Made by a program: the position numbers and the translations under genes
Source of the DNA: Nostoc sp. PCC 7120 = FACHB-418
GTDB lineage: Bacteria; Cyanobacteriota; Cyanobacteriia; Cyanobacteriales; Nostocaceae
Direction: 5' to 3'
Length of the DNA stretch: 32,000 bases
Assembly (NCBI RefSeq): GCF_000009705.1
Contig: NC_003272.1
Coordinates: 1,770,001 to 1,802,000 of the forward strand
Part shown: in pieces, positions 6,670 to 18,440 of the stretch
Numbering within the stretch: the first letter of the stretch is position 1
Layout of the letters: the number at the start of each line of letters is the position of its first letter
Notes under the pieces: model-generated
Seen by the model: the letters and a program-made list of their open reading frames with translations, nothing else
What the model was told of the DNA's origin: nothing
Databases searched by the model: none

Positions 6670-8097
6670 CTAGCCCTTATTCCATTGCTCGTAAAACTCT
6701 AAAGCAACCTTCTCAATCACGTCGTAAGCTTCAACAGTCTGTATACCAGCTTGGAGCAGTTTTTCTTTGGGAGATTCGCCAATCTTGGAAACCAAAACTG
6801 CTTTACAATCTGCGATAGTTTTAACAATATTGTCAAATGTGGCTTCTTCGCCGTATCCACCTTGACAATAATGATCAACCTTGCGGTGACTGACGAAGCT
6901 AACTTCACTACCGTCTACTTCGTAAACCTGAAATTCCTTGGCATGGCCGAAGTGTTGGTTAACTAATCCGCCGCCTTTGGTTGCTATTGCAACTAAGATT
7001 TTAGGATTGTTAGCTGTTTTTTCTTTACCAGCTAGTACTTTTTCTTTGGCTACTTTTAGTTCTACTCTAAATTTCTCAATACCTTCGTGGACTTCTTGAC
7101 GTTTGTCGAAGTCATATTCTGGAGCCATTTCGAGGAATTTATCTTTGGTAAATTCCTGGCTGCGGTCTTCTCCTAACAAGCCTACAGCGTCAGCACGGCA
7201 CTGGCGGCAATGGCGCATCATTTTCATGTTGCCAGAACATTGGTCTTGCACTGACTTCAGTTCTTTTTGTGAAGGCCCGCGTTGACCAGTTAAGCCGAAG
7301 TGTGTACCGTGTTCTGGTGCAGAAATCAAAGGCATGATGTTGTGCAGGAATGCACCTTGTTCACGAATCATCTTGTTGACTTCAACCAGATGTTGATCGT
7401 TAATGCCCGGAATCATCACGGAATTAACTTTACACAAGATATCAGCTTCTCTGAGAGCTTGTAAGCCTTCCATCTGCTTCTCTAGCAGAATTCTCGCGCC
7501 TTCCGCACCTCTATAACGTCTGCGCTTGTAGTGAACCCAAGAATAAATCTGTGCGCCGATTTCTGGGTCAATAGTATTTAGGGTAATAGTAACGTGGTCA
7601 ATATTTAGTTGTTTAATGCGATCGACATATTCCGGCAGCATCAAACCATTAGTTGATAGACACAGCTTAATATCTGGCGCTTTGTCTGCAATCAACTCAA
7701 AGGTGCGGAAGGTCTTTTCTGGGTTCGCCAGAGGATCGCCAGGGCCAGCAATTCCCAAAACTGTCATTTGGGGAATTTTGCCTGCAATTACTAAGACTTT
7801 GTGTGCTGCTTCTTCTGGTGTGAGTAATTCACTAACTACGCCAGGACGGCTTTCGTTAGCACAATCATATTTTCGGTTGCAATAGTTGCATTGAATGTTG
7901 CAGGCAGGTGCAACAGCAACGTGCATTCTCGCGTAATGGTGGTGAGCCTCTTCGCTGTAGCAGGGATGTTTAGCAATACGTTCTTGGAGCTTTTCGTCCA
8001 TTTCCACGGTGGTGCTGGTGTCGCATCCGCAACCACCTGATTTTGCTTTGGTAGGTGTCGATTCAGTAACGGAAGAGCCTGTAACTGGTGGTGTCAT
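6670..8097 (-). CDS. nifB: Nitrogenase FeMo-cofactor biosynthesis radical SAM protein NifB
   Basis: It has the radical-SAM CNIQCNYC motif and a C-terminal NifX-like domain ([23 protein letters not shown]). The ATG at 8097 (MTPPVTG) is preferred over the TTG at 8109. Confidence 0.95.
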
Positions 8098-8519
8098 TGA
8101 ATTTCGCAAATGTCGGTGGACTAGCTGCCACTGTGGGAGATGCCGTTGCTGATTGTGTTTGCCCTAAGAATTGAAGTCGCGTCTGCCACATTGCCTGTAG
8201 CGGCTTCGCTGAGTAGGGCAGGCTATGAAGTCCTTGGTTTCGGCTGGTGTGTGTCAACTTGGGGTCTTGGTAGAATGTGTTTAAAGCCGCGACTTCTCTT
8301 CCAGATGGCATAGTGCTATCTCATCCCTCCACTCACTTTTTGCTTGCGTTTTATGTAGAAGCGTTAAGTGATTGGCGATATAAGATTTATAGCAGTCGTC
8401 TTTGACTATTACAGTTTGTATCTCTGGAATAGAATTTATTGGATTTATTAAAGTTGTACTCAAAATCTCAAATGATGATTTCGAGAACGTTGTGAGAATT
8501 TGTAAAATTTTTTCCAGGT

Positions 8520-8585
8520 AGGGGTTCTAGTATTTTCTAGTTGGGGTACGAGTATTTATGGAAAGGGGTTCAGGATCTTGTTGTA
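8520..8585. promoter_or_regulatory. Three phased 22-bp imperfect direct repeats (GGGGTNCNNGNAT core) upstream of nifB
   Basis: GGGG begins at 8521, 8543 and 8565, an exact 22-bp period. The repeats lie about 420-490 nt upstream of the nifB ATG. Confidence 0.4.
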
Positions 8586-9057
8586 CTCATTTGTAACCCA
8601 AATACAGCAAGTGTTCAAGGGCTGTTTGGGCTAATTGTTAACTATACAATTTTGTACTCACTCCCTCCTGAAATCTTGCTGAAAGTCATTATTTGCAAGG
8701 GATTTAGGAGGGAAAAACTGGAGTAGATTACGTTGTACTACCCCAGATACGTGCGAAATTCAATTCTGTATCCAACATATCATTTTTTTTCAGGGAAAAA
8801 TGTAATTCATATTTTTTTAATGTTTTATTTGAAATGATATTCAATTAGGGTTGTAAGGCTTAACAGATGAGCCATACAAGCTCTGATTGATGGCATGATT
8901 AATGCGGATTTTTTTCAATAAATTTAATATTTGCTATCTTTTTTTTCTAGGTTAAAATACTCTTATAACCTAATTTGCTAGTTATGTGAATATATTCTTG
9001 AGATGTGGTAATTAGTAATTGAAAAGAAGTACTTACCCATTACCTACGAATATAAGA

Positions 9058-9105
9058 ATTTGATTTGATTTTTGAAAAATATAAGTATTTGTAGCATTGC
9101 CCACC
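9058..9105. repeat. Solo arm of the twin-hairpin repeat seen at 25861-25959
   Basis: ATTTGATTTGATTTTTGAAAAATATAAGTATTTGTAGCATTGCCCACC matches the flank plus half of the GGTGGGCAATGCCCACC palindrome. Confidence 0.5.
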
Positions 9106-9325
9106 TTCACTTGCTTTAAGCCAGCGAACCAGTTAAACCTCATAGTTGTCACTTTTTCTTCACATTTATTGATGACAATCTGGATCAGTGACTCAAAAGC
9201 AGTCATTTTTTTTATGCCCATATAAATAACTACGCAATATTATTCATGGCCAATTAAAGAGTTTAATACCCATCTGCCTCCTGACTTTCCTTTTGATTCA
9301 GTGCAAACAACTATGAGGAAGCAAT

Positions 9326-10693
9326 GTGAGTAGACATACAGATTACAGTTCGCTAGAGCAAATACAGACGACTGGTGCAGATGCACCCAAGCCATTATTA
9401 ACACTATCAGACGCAGTTGCTCTAATTGTCGGGATTGTCATTGGTGTAGGTATTTTTCAAACCCCTGCGCTGGTAGCTAGTCAAGCTGGAAGTGATACTG
9501 CGGTACTGTTGTTTTGGTTAGCTGGTGGCATAGTCTCTATTATTGGTGCATTGTGCTACGCAGAGTTGGCGACAACTTATCCTAATGTTGGTGGAGCCTA
9601 CTATTATCTAAAGCGAGCATTTGGCCAAAATACTGCCTTTTTATTTGCCTGGGCAAGGTTGACAGTGATTCAGACTGGTTCTATTGCCTTGGCGGCATTT
9701 GTTTTTGGTGATTATGCGTCTGAGATTTGGCGGCTGGGTACATTTTCATCATCAATGTATGCCGCAGTGATAATTGCTTTATTAACGATATTAAACATAC
9801 TGGGTTTACACCAGGGAAAATGGACACAAAATTTACTGACGGCGGCGCAAGTCTTGGGTTTATTGCTGGTAGTCCTTTTTGGACTAGCTAGCACTGCTAA
9901 TAGTGCTAATAGTGCTGTATCGCCGGAACCTTCATCCTCAGGTAGTTGGGGACTAGCAATGGTGTTTGTACTGCTGTCATACGGTGGTTGGAATGAAGCC
10001 GCGTATATTTCGGCAGAGATAAAAAACAGGCAAAGAAATATCTTGCGATCGCTCATGTGGAGTATTGGTATTATCACAGCAATTTACCTGCTGATCAACC
10101 TAGCTTTTTTGCGAGGCTTAGGATTAGCAAATATGGCAAACTCATCAGCAGTTGCCGCAGACTTGATGCGTGCTGTCTGGGGTACGCCAGGTGTTGTATT
10201 TATCAGCCTCTTGATTGCGATTTGTGCTTTAGGGACAATCAATGCCTCCATTTTTACTGGCGCACGTACTAACTATGCCTTAGGGCAAGATTTTAACCTG
10301 TTTGGCTTCATGGGAAGTTGGAGACAAATCCCCAGTACTCCTGCGACTGCCTTATTAGTCCAAGGTGCGATCGCTCTTGCCTTGGTTGTATTAGGCACAT
10401 TCACCCGCAAGGGATTTGAAACAATGGTGGATTACACCGCACCCGTGTTTTGGTTCTTCTTTCTACTTTCTGGCATATCACTATTAATATTGCGCCAGAA
10501 AGAACCACACATACCGCGTCCGTTTCGTGTGCCTTTTTATCCTATTACCCCATTACTCTTTTGTGCTGTTTGTGGCTACTTACTATACTCCAGCGTAGTT
10601 TATACAAACGTGGGCGCTGTTGTCGGTGTTTTGGTGGTGATAGCAGGTGTCCCGTTATTGTTCTGGAATCGCTACCGCCAAGGTAAGGCTTAG
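9326..10693 (+). CDS. APC-superfamily amino acid/polyamine permease
   Basis: The protein is a 12-TM-type polytopic permease with GAGIF-like motifs. It has a GTG start at 9326, with GAGGAA 6 nt upstream. Confidence 0.85.
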   Translation: MSRHTDYSSLEQIQTTGADAPKPLLTLSDAVALIVGIVIGVGIFQTPALVASQAGSDTAVLLFWLAGGIVSIIGALCYAELATTYPNVGGAYYYLKRAFGQNTAFLFAWARLTVIQTGSIALAAFVFGDYASEIWRLGTFSSSMYAAVIIALLTILNILGLHQGKWTQNLLTAAQVLGLLLVVLFGLASTANSANSAVSPEPSSSGSWGLAMVFVLLSYGGWNEAAYISAEIKNRQRNILRSLMWSIGIITAIYLLINLAFLRGLGLANMANSSAVAADLMRAVWGTPGVVFISLLIAICALGTINASIFTGARTNYALGQDFNLFGFMGSWRQIPSTPATALLVQGAIALALVVLGTFTRKGFETMVDYTAPVFWFFFLLSGISLLILRQKEPHIPRPFRVPFYPITPLLFCAVCGYLLYSSVVYTNVGAVVGVLVVIAGVPLLFWNRYRQGKA

Positions 10694-10721
10694 AAATTCA
10701 AAATTAACTAGGAGAATAATC

Positions 10722-11381
10722 ATGAAGTTGCAAAAGATTTTACTATCTATTGTTACAGGTGTTAGTGTTGTGAGCCTGGGATTAGCTGGCTGCACACCAC
10801 AACAAACCAATTTGGAAGCACAGACAGAAAGTAATGCACCTACTTTAACAGGTCAAACTGAAACTCAAGCACAAGCTCCAACAACTCAACCGCAAGAACG
10901 CCCTGCGGATGTGCCTTATGTGCCGACACCACAGCCTGTGGTAGATGCAATGTTGCAAGTAGCGCAGGTGGGCAAAAATGATGTACTTTACGACTTAGGC
11001 AGTGGTGACGGACGCATTGTCAATACAGCCGCCCAAAAATTTGGGACACGGGGTATCGGTATAGATATTAATCCCGAACGTATTCAAGAAGCTAACGAAA
11101 ATGCTCAGAAGGCAGGAGTCAGCGATCGCGTAAAATTTGTTCAGCAAGATTTGTTTAAGACTGATTTTAGTGAAGCTACCGTAGTTACCCTCTATCTTCT
11201 GCCCGATATTAATCTCAAATTGCGTCCTATCCTCCTTCAACAACTGAAACCTGGTACTCGCATTGTCTCTCACGCTTTTGATATGGGTGAATGGAAGCCA
11301 GAAAAGACATTACAAGTAGATGGCAGAACTATCTACTATTGGGTTGTTCCAGAGCAAGTCCCAGCTAATTTACGCCAGTAA
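10722..11381 (+). CDS. Class I SAM-dependent methyltransferase fold with lipoprotein signal peptide
   Basis: The ATG at 10722 is preceded by AGGAG. It has the lipobox LAGC, a T/Q/P-rich linker and methyltransferase motif I VLYDLGSGDGRI. Confidence 0.8.
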   Translation: MKLQKILLSIVTGVSVVSLGLAGCTPQQTNLEAQTESNAPTLTGQTETQAQAPTTQPQERPADVPYVPTPQPVVDAMLQVAQVGKNDVLYDLGSGDGRIVNTAAQKFGTRGIGIDINPERIQEANENAQKAGVSDRVKFVQQDLFKTDFSEATVVTLYLLPDINLKLRPILLQQLKPGTRIVSHAFDMGEWKPEKTLQVDGRTIYYWVVPEQVPANLRQ

Positions 11382-11390
11382 GGAGGCGGG

Positions 11391-11434
11391 GGAGAAGAAG
11401 GTAAAAATATACAGAAATATTTCTTCTTTTCTCC
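11391..11434 (+). terminator. Imperfect long hairpin after the permease/methyltransferase pair
   Basis: GGAGAAGAAG...AAATAT/ATATTT...CTTCTTTTCTCC forms the stem and a T-rich tract follows. Confidence 0.4.
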
Positions 11435-11651
11435 TGCTTTCTACTCTCTACTCGACTCAGCACTAACTCCCGACGACTTAATAATCAAAAATTCTATGAT
11501 AGGGTAAAGAGGAAAGAACGCCTTAATTACAGGGATTAATTAAGCGATGACCATCAGCTACGCTAGGCAGAACGCGATCGCCATCATAATTGTCTAGAAA
11601 TGCCGCAATATCATTATTCAATATATTTTTAATTTTTCCATTACCAATTAA

Positions 11652-13103
<1,452 letters not shown>

Positions 13104-13135
13104 AGACTTATCAGTTCAACATTACACTTAGTCCT

Positions 13136-13909
13136 CTATTCTGGGAACTGGCGATCGCGTACTTCCGCAGCGTAATCTTGTACAGCCTTGGTAATTGTCT
13201 CGCGCAAATTCGTATAAACCTTGGCGAAGGGTGGTTGTCTTTCTGATAAACCCAATACATCAGAAGTAACTAAAACTTGACCGTCGCAATGGGAACCCGC
13301 ACCAATACCAATCGTGGGAATATTAACTTTTTGTGTAATCTGCATTGCCAAATCTGCGGGTATATGCTCTAAAACTATGGAGAATACACCCGCTTGTTCA
13401 AGTGCGATCGCTTCGTTTAAAATTCTTTGGGCTGTTTCCTGTGTCTTACCTTGTTGACGTAACCCCAATTGATGAACTGATTGGGGTGTCAAACCTACAT
13501 GACCCATAACTGGTATACCAGCTTGTACCAAACGATTAATAGTGTCTACCATTGCCGGATAGCCACCTTCCAACTTAACTGCTTGAGCGCCTGTTTCCTT
13601 TAATATGCGCCCAGCCGAGTTAATTGCTTGTGGGATACTCTCTTGATAAGTCAAAAATGGTAGATCAACCACAACTAAAGCCCGTTGCACACCACGGCAA
13701 ACTGCTTTAGCGTGGTGTAGCATCTCCTCTAATGTAATTGGCAGCGTTGTTTTATAGCCCAACATTACCGCCATCGAGTCACCCACGAGGATTAAGTCTA
13801 CACCAGCACCGTCCAGAATTTGAGCGATCGTATAATCCCAAGCGGTCAACGCCACAATTGAACGACCTTGTTGTTTCCACTGAATTAATTGCTGGGTAGT
13901 GACTGGCAT
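13136..13909 (-). CDS. panB: 3-methyl-2-oxobutanoate hydroxymethyltransferase
   Basis: The PanB motifs [18 protein letters not shown] and KLEGG are present. Confidence 0.93.
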
Positions 13910-13917
13910 TTTTTTAT

Positions 13918-13994
13918 AGGGAGTGGGGGTTAGGGGTTAGATTAACATTATTAATTTTTATTTCTCAATATCCCATCCCCCATCCCCAATCCCT
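13918..13994. repeat. Inverted G-rich/C-rich STRR-like arms (large hairpin)
   Basis: AGGGAGTGGGGGTTAGGGGTTAG faces ATCCCATCCCCCATCCCCAATCCC across an AT-rich loop. It lies between the propeller gene stop and the panB start. Confidence 0.6.
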
Positions 13995-15154
13995 CATTTC
14001 ACAAGGCGACTAAAAGCCAGATGAGGTTTCGCTTTGTCCATTTTGGGCATTAGCCAAGCCAGACCTTCGCTAGTACCAATCCATAATTTGTTAGCGACAT
14101 CAGGCATAAGGGACAAAACTCGACTAGAAGGAAGTCCGGCAACTTCATCTAGTACAGCACCTGTATTTGGATTTAATCGTAGCAAACCATTGTGAGTACC
14201 TACCCAAACACTACCATCTTTAGCAAAGCGCACTGCTGTCACGTTTCTACCCCGCAAGCGAGTCACAGACCGCAACACTACTCCAGTTTTTGGGTTAATT
14301 ACCAGCAAATTATTCGGCATTCCTGCCCAAATTAAACCTTCGGGACTAATGGCTAAGGCTTGTACTGTGGTACCAGGTAAATCGTTGATTCGCTTCATAA
14401 TTAAAGCACTGGCTGTATTAATTCTCACGACTCCATCCAGAGTTCCAGTCCAAAGTTGACCATCAGCATCTAAAGTTAAGGTGTTGCCACTCACACCAGG
14501 CAAATTTTTGACGGTCGTCATAATTAAACCTTGGTCAGGACTAACTAAGGCTAAACCATTGTCAGTTCCCACCCATAGATAACCCCGCTTATCAGTTAAC
14601 AGTGATAGCACCCGCTTGGAAGGCAAAAACAAATTCTGCGCTGAAATTTCATTAGTGCGGGGTTCTACTCTCTTGAGTCCTTCATAAGTTCCCACCCATA
14701 ACCGACCGACTTTATCTTGAGCTAAAGCACCAATGGCAACATTGGGTAAACTAACACGGGCTAAAATCTTACCTGTTTTCGGGTCAATCCGCGATAATCC
14801 CCGCCAAGAACCTACCCAGAGATTACCGGCGAAATCTCCTAGTAAATTACTCACGCGATAATCAATTTCGACTACACGTTCCTGCATATCTCGTTCATCA
14901 GGCAAGGGGTCTACCCTTGGGGGTGGTGCAGATGCAGGATAAGCTGGCTTTAATTCGGATGGTTTAATATCAGGGGTTGTTGGTGATGGTGCATTAGTGG
15001 CAGCTTTTTCTGCCCTCGCCAAATTGCCTATATCTAAAACGCCCAGACTCGGCAGACCTATCAACCCCAACAATATAGAAGTAATCAGTAAACTAGTACG
15101 TTTGCGAAATAATCCCACGATGACATTTCCTTTAGAGACAGCACCTCCAGCCAT
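13994..15154 (-). CDS. Secreted/anchored beta-propeller protein (two-component-regulator propeller repeats)
   Basis: It has an N-terminal TM/signal. Seven to eight repeats of the LWVGTxxGLxR type follow. Confidence 0.75.
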   Translation of the reverse strand: MAGGAVSKGNVIVGLFRKRTSLLITSILLGLIGLPSLGVLDIGNLARAEKAATNAPSPTTPDIKPSELKPAYPASAPPPRVDPLPDERDMQERVVEIDYRVSNLLGDFAGNLWVGSWRGLSRIDPKTGKILARVSLPNVAIGALAQDKVGRLWVGTYEGLKRVEPRTNEISAQNLFLPSKRVLSLLTDKRGYLWVGTDNGLALVSPDQGLIMTTVKNLPGVSGNTLTLDADGQLWTGTLDGVVRINTASALIMKRINDLPGTTVQALAISPEGLIWAGMPNNLLVINPKTGVVLRSVTRLRGRNVTAVRFAKDGSVWVGTHNGLLRLNPNTGAVLDEVAGLPSSRVLSLMPDVANKLWIGTSEGLAWLMPKMDKAKPHLAFSRLVK

Positions 15155-15213
15155 TAGCGAAACTGACCAAAGGTTAATCTCAGTCTTCCCTTAGTTGGGA
15201 TTTTTTAAACATA

Positions 15214-15234
15214 TGGGGATTGGGGATTGGGAAA
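15214..15234. repeat. STRR heptamers (TGGGGAT x2-3)
   Basis: I read TGGGGAT TGGGGAT TGGGAAA directly. Confidence 0.7.
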
Positions 15235-15283
15235 AGGCAGGGGGCAGAGGATAAGTAGAGGAGGCAGGGGAAGTAAAGAAGAA

Positions 15284-15332
15284 TGACTATGGACTATTGA
15301 CCAATGACTATTGGCAACTGACAACTGACTCC
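15284..15332. repeat. STRR heptamer array (7 x TGACTAT-like)
   Basis: The units read TGACTAT GGACTAT TGACCAA TGACTAT TGGCAAC TGACAAC TGACTCC. Confidence 0.85.
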
Positions 15333-15457
15333 TATACAGTCATTGATACATTTTGTAACTGATTGTTAACAAAACGTTTAAAACTTTATGTAATAACAAA
15401 TTTAAATATGTAAGTTAAGAACTTTCAAAGAATAACTTATGCCATTTCTTGATATAT

Positions 15458-15473
15458 TGTGAGACAAGTTACA
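15458..15473. promoter_or_regulatory. Candidate NtcA/BifA-type site TGT-N10-ACA (also GTG-N8-TAC)
   Basis: TGTGAGACAAGTTACA lies about 500 nt upstream of the rbcL ATG. Only the motif matches. Confidence 0.3.
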
Positions 15474-15969
15474 AATTACGTGGTGTGCAATTTTTTCATC
15501 TTGCGCTGATTACTCTACTAAATATCCGTCAAGTAAATTGGCTCTTAGCTCGTCTCCTGTCAATAAAGGAGGTCGGCAAGAGTGCAGAAGCGGGAATGTG
15601 TGAAAACTAACCCAATTCATTAAATACCCCGAAATATAGGGGAATCATCTCATACTTTCCGTAAACCGCGAAGGTCGTGAAGGGATAAAAGCAATTTAGT
15701 GGGTGAGAAGAACAGATAAAAAAGAATTTTTTAACTATGGCAAGAGGAAAAAGTAAAAGCGTTAACTTATGCACTCCTAGATGAGCAAGACACTGGTGAA
15801 GAGGATTACCACTAAAGCTAAGTGTTAGTTGCAGAAAGGTCGCTGACCTCTACCAAAAGATTATTCCTGTTTTTCTCCTGGCTGATAGGGAGGTAGGGCA
15901 ATTGTGAGAGGAAATTGTACCAAAACGTGATTTGATAAGTAAAAAGAGTGACATCTTGGAAGGATAGAT

Positions 15970-17400
15970 ATGTCTTACGCTCAAACGAAGACTCAGACAA
16001 AATCTGGGTATAAAGCCGGGGTTCAAGATTACAGACTAACTTATTACACACCTGATTACACACCTAAAGATACAGATATTCTGGCGGCGTTCCGTGTTAC
16101 ACCCCAGCCCGGAGTTCCCTTTGAGGAAGCGGCTGCGGCTGTAGCGGCTGAGTCTTCTACTGGTACTTGGACGACCGTATGGACAGACCTGTTAACCGAT
16201 CTAGATCGTTACAAAGGTCGTTGCTACGATATCGAACCAGTTCCCGGCGAAGACAACCAATTCATTGCCTACATCGCTTATCCTTTGGATCTGTTTGAAG
16301 AAGGCTCCATCACCAACGTTTTGACCTCAATTGTAGGTAACGTATTTGGTTTTAAAGCATTACGCGCATTGCGTTTGGAAGACATTCGCTTTCCTGTTGC
16401 TTACATCAAGACCTTCCAAGGCCCTCCTCACGGTATCCAAGTTGAGCGTGACAAATTAAACAAATATGGTCGTCCTCTGTTGGGTTGTACCATCAAACCA
16501 AAATTAGGTCTGTCTGCTAAGAACTACGGACGCGCTGTATACGAGTGTTTGCGCGGTGGTTTGGACTTCACCAAAGACGACGAAAACATTAACTCCGCAC
16601 CATTCCAAAGATGGCGCGATCGCTTCTTGTTTGTAGCTGATGCTATCACCAAAGCACAAGCAGAAACAGGCGAAATCAAAGGTCACTACCTAAACGTGAC
16701 CGCTCCTACCTGTGAAGAAATGCTAAAACGGGCTGAGTACGCTAAAGAACTCAAACAGCCCATCATCATGCACGACTACCTGACCGCAGGTTTCACAGCT
16801 AACACCACCTTGGCTCGTTGGTGTCGTGACAACGGCGTTCTACTGCACATCCACCGCGCGATGCACGCAGTAATCGACCGTCAAAAGAACCACGGTATCC
16901 ACTTCCGTGTATTGGCTAAAGCCCTACGTCTATCTGGTGGTGACCACATCCACACCGGTACCGTAGTAGGTAAATTGGAAGGTGAACGCGGTATCACAAT
17001 GGGCTTCGTTGACCTACTACGTGAAAACTACGTTGAGCAAGACAAGTCTCGCGGTATTTACTTTACCCAAGACTGGGCTTCTCTACCTGGTGTAATGGCA
17101 GTTGCTTCCGGTGGTATCCACGTATGGCATATGCCAGCGTTGGTAGAAATCTTCGGTGATGACTCCGTACTACAATTCGGTGGTGGTACACTCGGACACC
17201 CTTGGGGTAACGCTCCTGGTGCAACCGCTAACCGTGTAGCTTTGGAAGCTTGCGTCCAAGCACGTAACGAAGGTCGTAACTTGGCTCGTGAAGGTAACGA
17301 CGTTATCCGTGAAGCTGCTAAGTGGTCTCCTGAATTGGCTGTCGCTTGCGAACTGTGGAAAGAAATCAAGTTCGAGTTTGAGGCAATGGATACCGTCTGA
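15970..17400 (+). CDS. rbcL: RuBisCO large subunit (form IB)
   Basis: This is an unmistakable RbcL sequence ([25 protein letters not shown]). Confidence 0.99.
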   Translation: MSYAQTKTQTKSGYKAGVQDYRLTYYTPDYTPKDTDILAAFRVTPQPGVPFEEAAAAVAAESSTGTWTTVWTDLLTDLDRYKGRCYDIEPVPGEDNQFIAYIAYPLDLFEEGSITNVLTSIVGNVFGFKALRALRLEDIRFPVAYIKTFQGPPHGIQVERDKLNKYGRPLLGCTIKPKLGLSAKNYGRAVYECLRGGLDFTKDDENINSAPFQRWRDRFLFVADAITKAQAETGEIKGHYLNVTAPTCEEMLKRAEYAKELKQPIIMHDYLTAGFTANTTLARWCRDNGVLLHIHRAMHAVIDRQKNHGIHFRVLAKALRLSGGDHIHTGTVVGKLEGERGITMGFVDLLRENYVEQDKSRGIYFTQDWASLPGVMAVASGGIHVWHMPALVEIFGDDSVLQFGGGTLGHPWGNAPGATANRVALEACVQARNEGRNLAREGNDVIREAAKWSPELAVACELWKEIKFEFEAMDTV

Positions 17401-17416
17401 TAAAGGCTGAAGATGC

Positions 17417-17453
17417 AAGGATGAAGGTTAAATGAAAAATACCTTTCATCCTT
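17417..17453 (+). other. Stem-loop in the rbcL-rbcX spacer
   Basis: AAGGATGAAGGT pairs with ACCTTTCATCCTT with one bulge. A third TTCATCCTT copy is at about 17467. Confidence 0.5.
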
Positions 17454-17494
17454 ACATTCTTTAAACTTCATCCTTTTAAAGGGCTGGGTCAAGC

Positions 17495-17893
17495 ATGAAT
17501 CTCAAGCAAATAGCGAAAGATACAGCCAAAACGCTCCAAAGCTACCTGACTTATCAGGCGCTAATGACTGTGTTGGCACAGCTAGGCGAAACGAATCCAC
17601 CGTTAGCATTATGGCTGCATACTTTTTCCGTCGGCAAAGTTCAGGACGGAGAAGCGTATGTTAAAGAACTTTTCCGAGAACAGCCAGATTTAGCCTTGCG
17701 GATAATGACTGTCAGAGAACATATAGCCGAAGAAGTAGCCGAGTTCTTACCAGAAATGGTTCGTAGCGGTATTCAGCAAGCGAATATGGAACAACGCCGC
17801 CAGCATCTAGAACGCATGACGCATCTGAGTTTATCTAACCCCAGTCCTGAATCAGAACAGCAGACAATTTCCGATACTGACTGGGATCATTAA
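17495..17893 (+). CDS. rbcX: RuBisCO assembly chaperone RbcX
   Basis: It lies between rbcL and rbcS. The N-terminus [14 protein letters not shown] is typical of RbcX. Confidence 0.95.
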   Translation: MNLKQIAKDTAKTLQSYLTYQALMTVLAQLGETNPPLALWLHTFSVGKVQDGEAYVKELFREQPDLALRIMTVREHIAEEVAEFLPEMVRSGIQQANMEQRRQHLERMTHLSLSNPSPESEQQTISDTDWDH

Positions 17894-17949
17894 TCCAGTT
17901 AGGCCAGCATAAGTACTTATTTCCAAATAGCAACCAATTATCACCAGCT

Positions 17950-18279
17950 ATGCAAACCTTACCAAAAGAGCGTCGTTACGAAACCCTTTCTTACTTACCC
18001 CCCCTCACCGACGTTCAAATCGAAAAGCAAGTCCAGTACATTCTGAGCCAAGGCTACATTCCAGCCGTTGAGTTCAACGAAGTTTCTGAACCTACCGAAC
18101 TTTATTGGACACTGTGGAAGCTACCTTTGTTTGGTGCTAAAACATCCCGTGAAGTATTGGCAGAAGTTCAATCTTGCCGTTCTCAATATCCTGGTCACTA
18201 CATCCGTGTTGTAGGATTTGACAATATTAAGCAGTGCCAAATTCTGAGCTTCATCGTTCACAAACCCAGCAGATACTAA
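17950..18279 (+). CDS. rbcS: RuBisCO small subunit
   Basis: [13 protein letters not shown]...[10 protein letters not shown]...YIRVVGFDN identifies it. Confidence 0.98.
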   Translation: MQTLPKERRYETLSYLPPLTDVQIEKQVQYILSQGYIPAVEFNEVSEPTELYWTLWKLPLFGAKTSREVLAEVQSCRSQYPGHYIRVVGFDNIKQCQILSFIVHKPSRY

Positions 18280-18310
18280 AAGCTGATTTGGTTTAATAAT
18301 TTATCCATTC

Positions 18311-18347
18311 AAGAGAGGTAGATGACTTTACCTCTCTTTTTTGTTTT
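18311..18347 (+). terminator. Rho-independent terminator of rbcLXS
   Basis: The AAGAGAGGTA / TACCTCTCTT stem is followed by TTTTTGTTTTT. Confidence 0.8.
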
Positions 18348-18440
18348 TACAGTGTTTGGGATATAGCATTTTTCATACTCATGAAATCCAGTTTAATTCT
18401 ATGGTATTAAATAATTTAAACAATACAGGTATTCGTTTAT

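Noticed and set aside
6537-6818. 93-aa plus-strand ORF (MGIGDWGLGIGDWGLG...)
   Set aside because: The N-terminus is simply the translated STRR heptamer array. The remainder is antisense to the nifB 3' end.
8063-8726. ORFs of 82, 60 and 61 aa in the nifB upstream region
   Set aside because: They have no ribosome-binding sites and no recognisable sequence. One overlaps the nifB start. The region is better explained as a leader/promoter with repeats.
9033-9221. 62-aa minus-strand ORF
   Set aside because: Its 3' third is made of the dispersed repeat arm (9058-9105). The context is AT-rich and nothing about it is recognisable.
11530-11650. About 40-codon minus-strand open frame (GNGKIKNILNNDIAAFLDNYDGDRVLPSVADGHRLINPCN)
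   Set aside because: It has no canonical start codon and no recognisable family. It lies in the invA promoter region.
13925-13942. Telomere-like GGGGTTAGGGGTTAG
   Set aside because: There are only two units. It is part of the G-rich arm of an STRR inverted repeat.
17058-17492. 144-aa and 82-aa ORFs antisense to the rbcL 3' end
   Set aside because: They lie opposite a highly expressed, highly conserved gene and have no independent signals.
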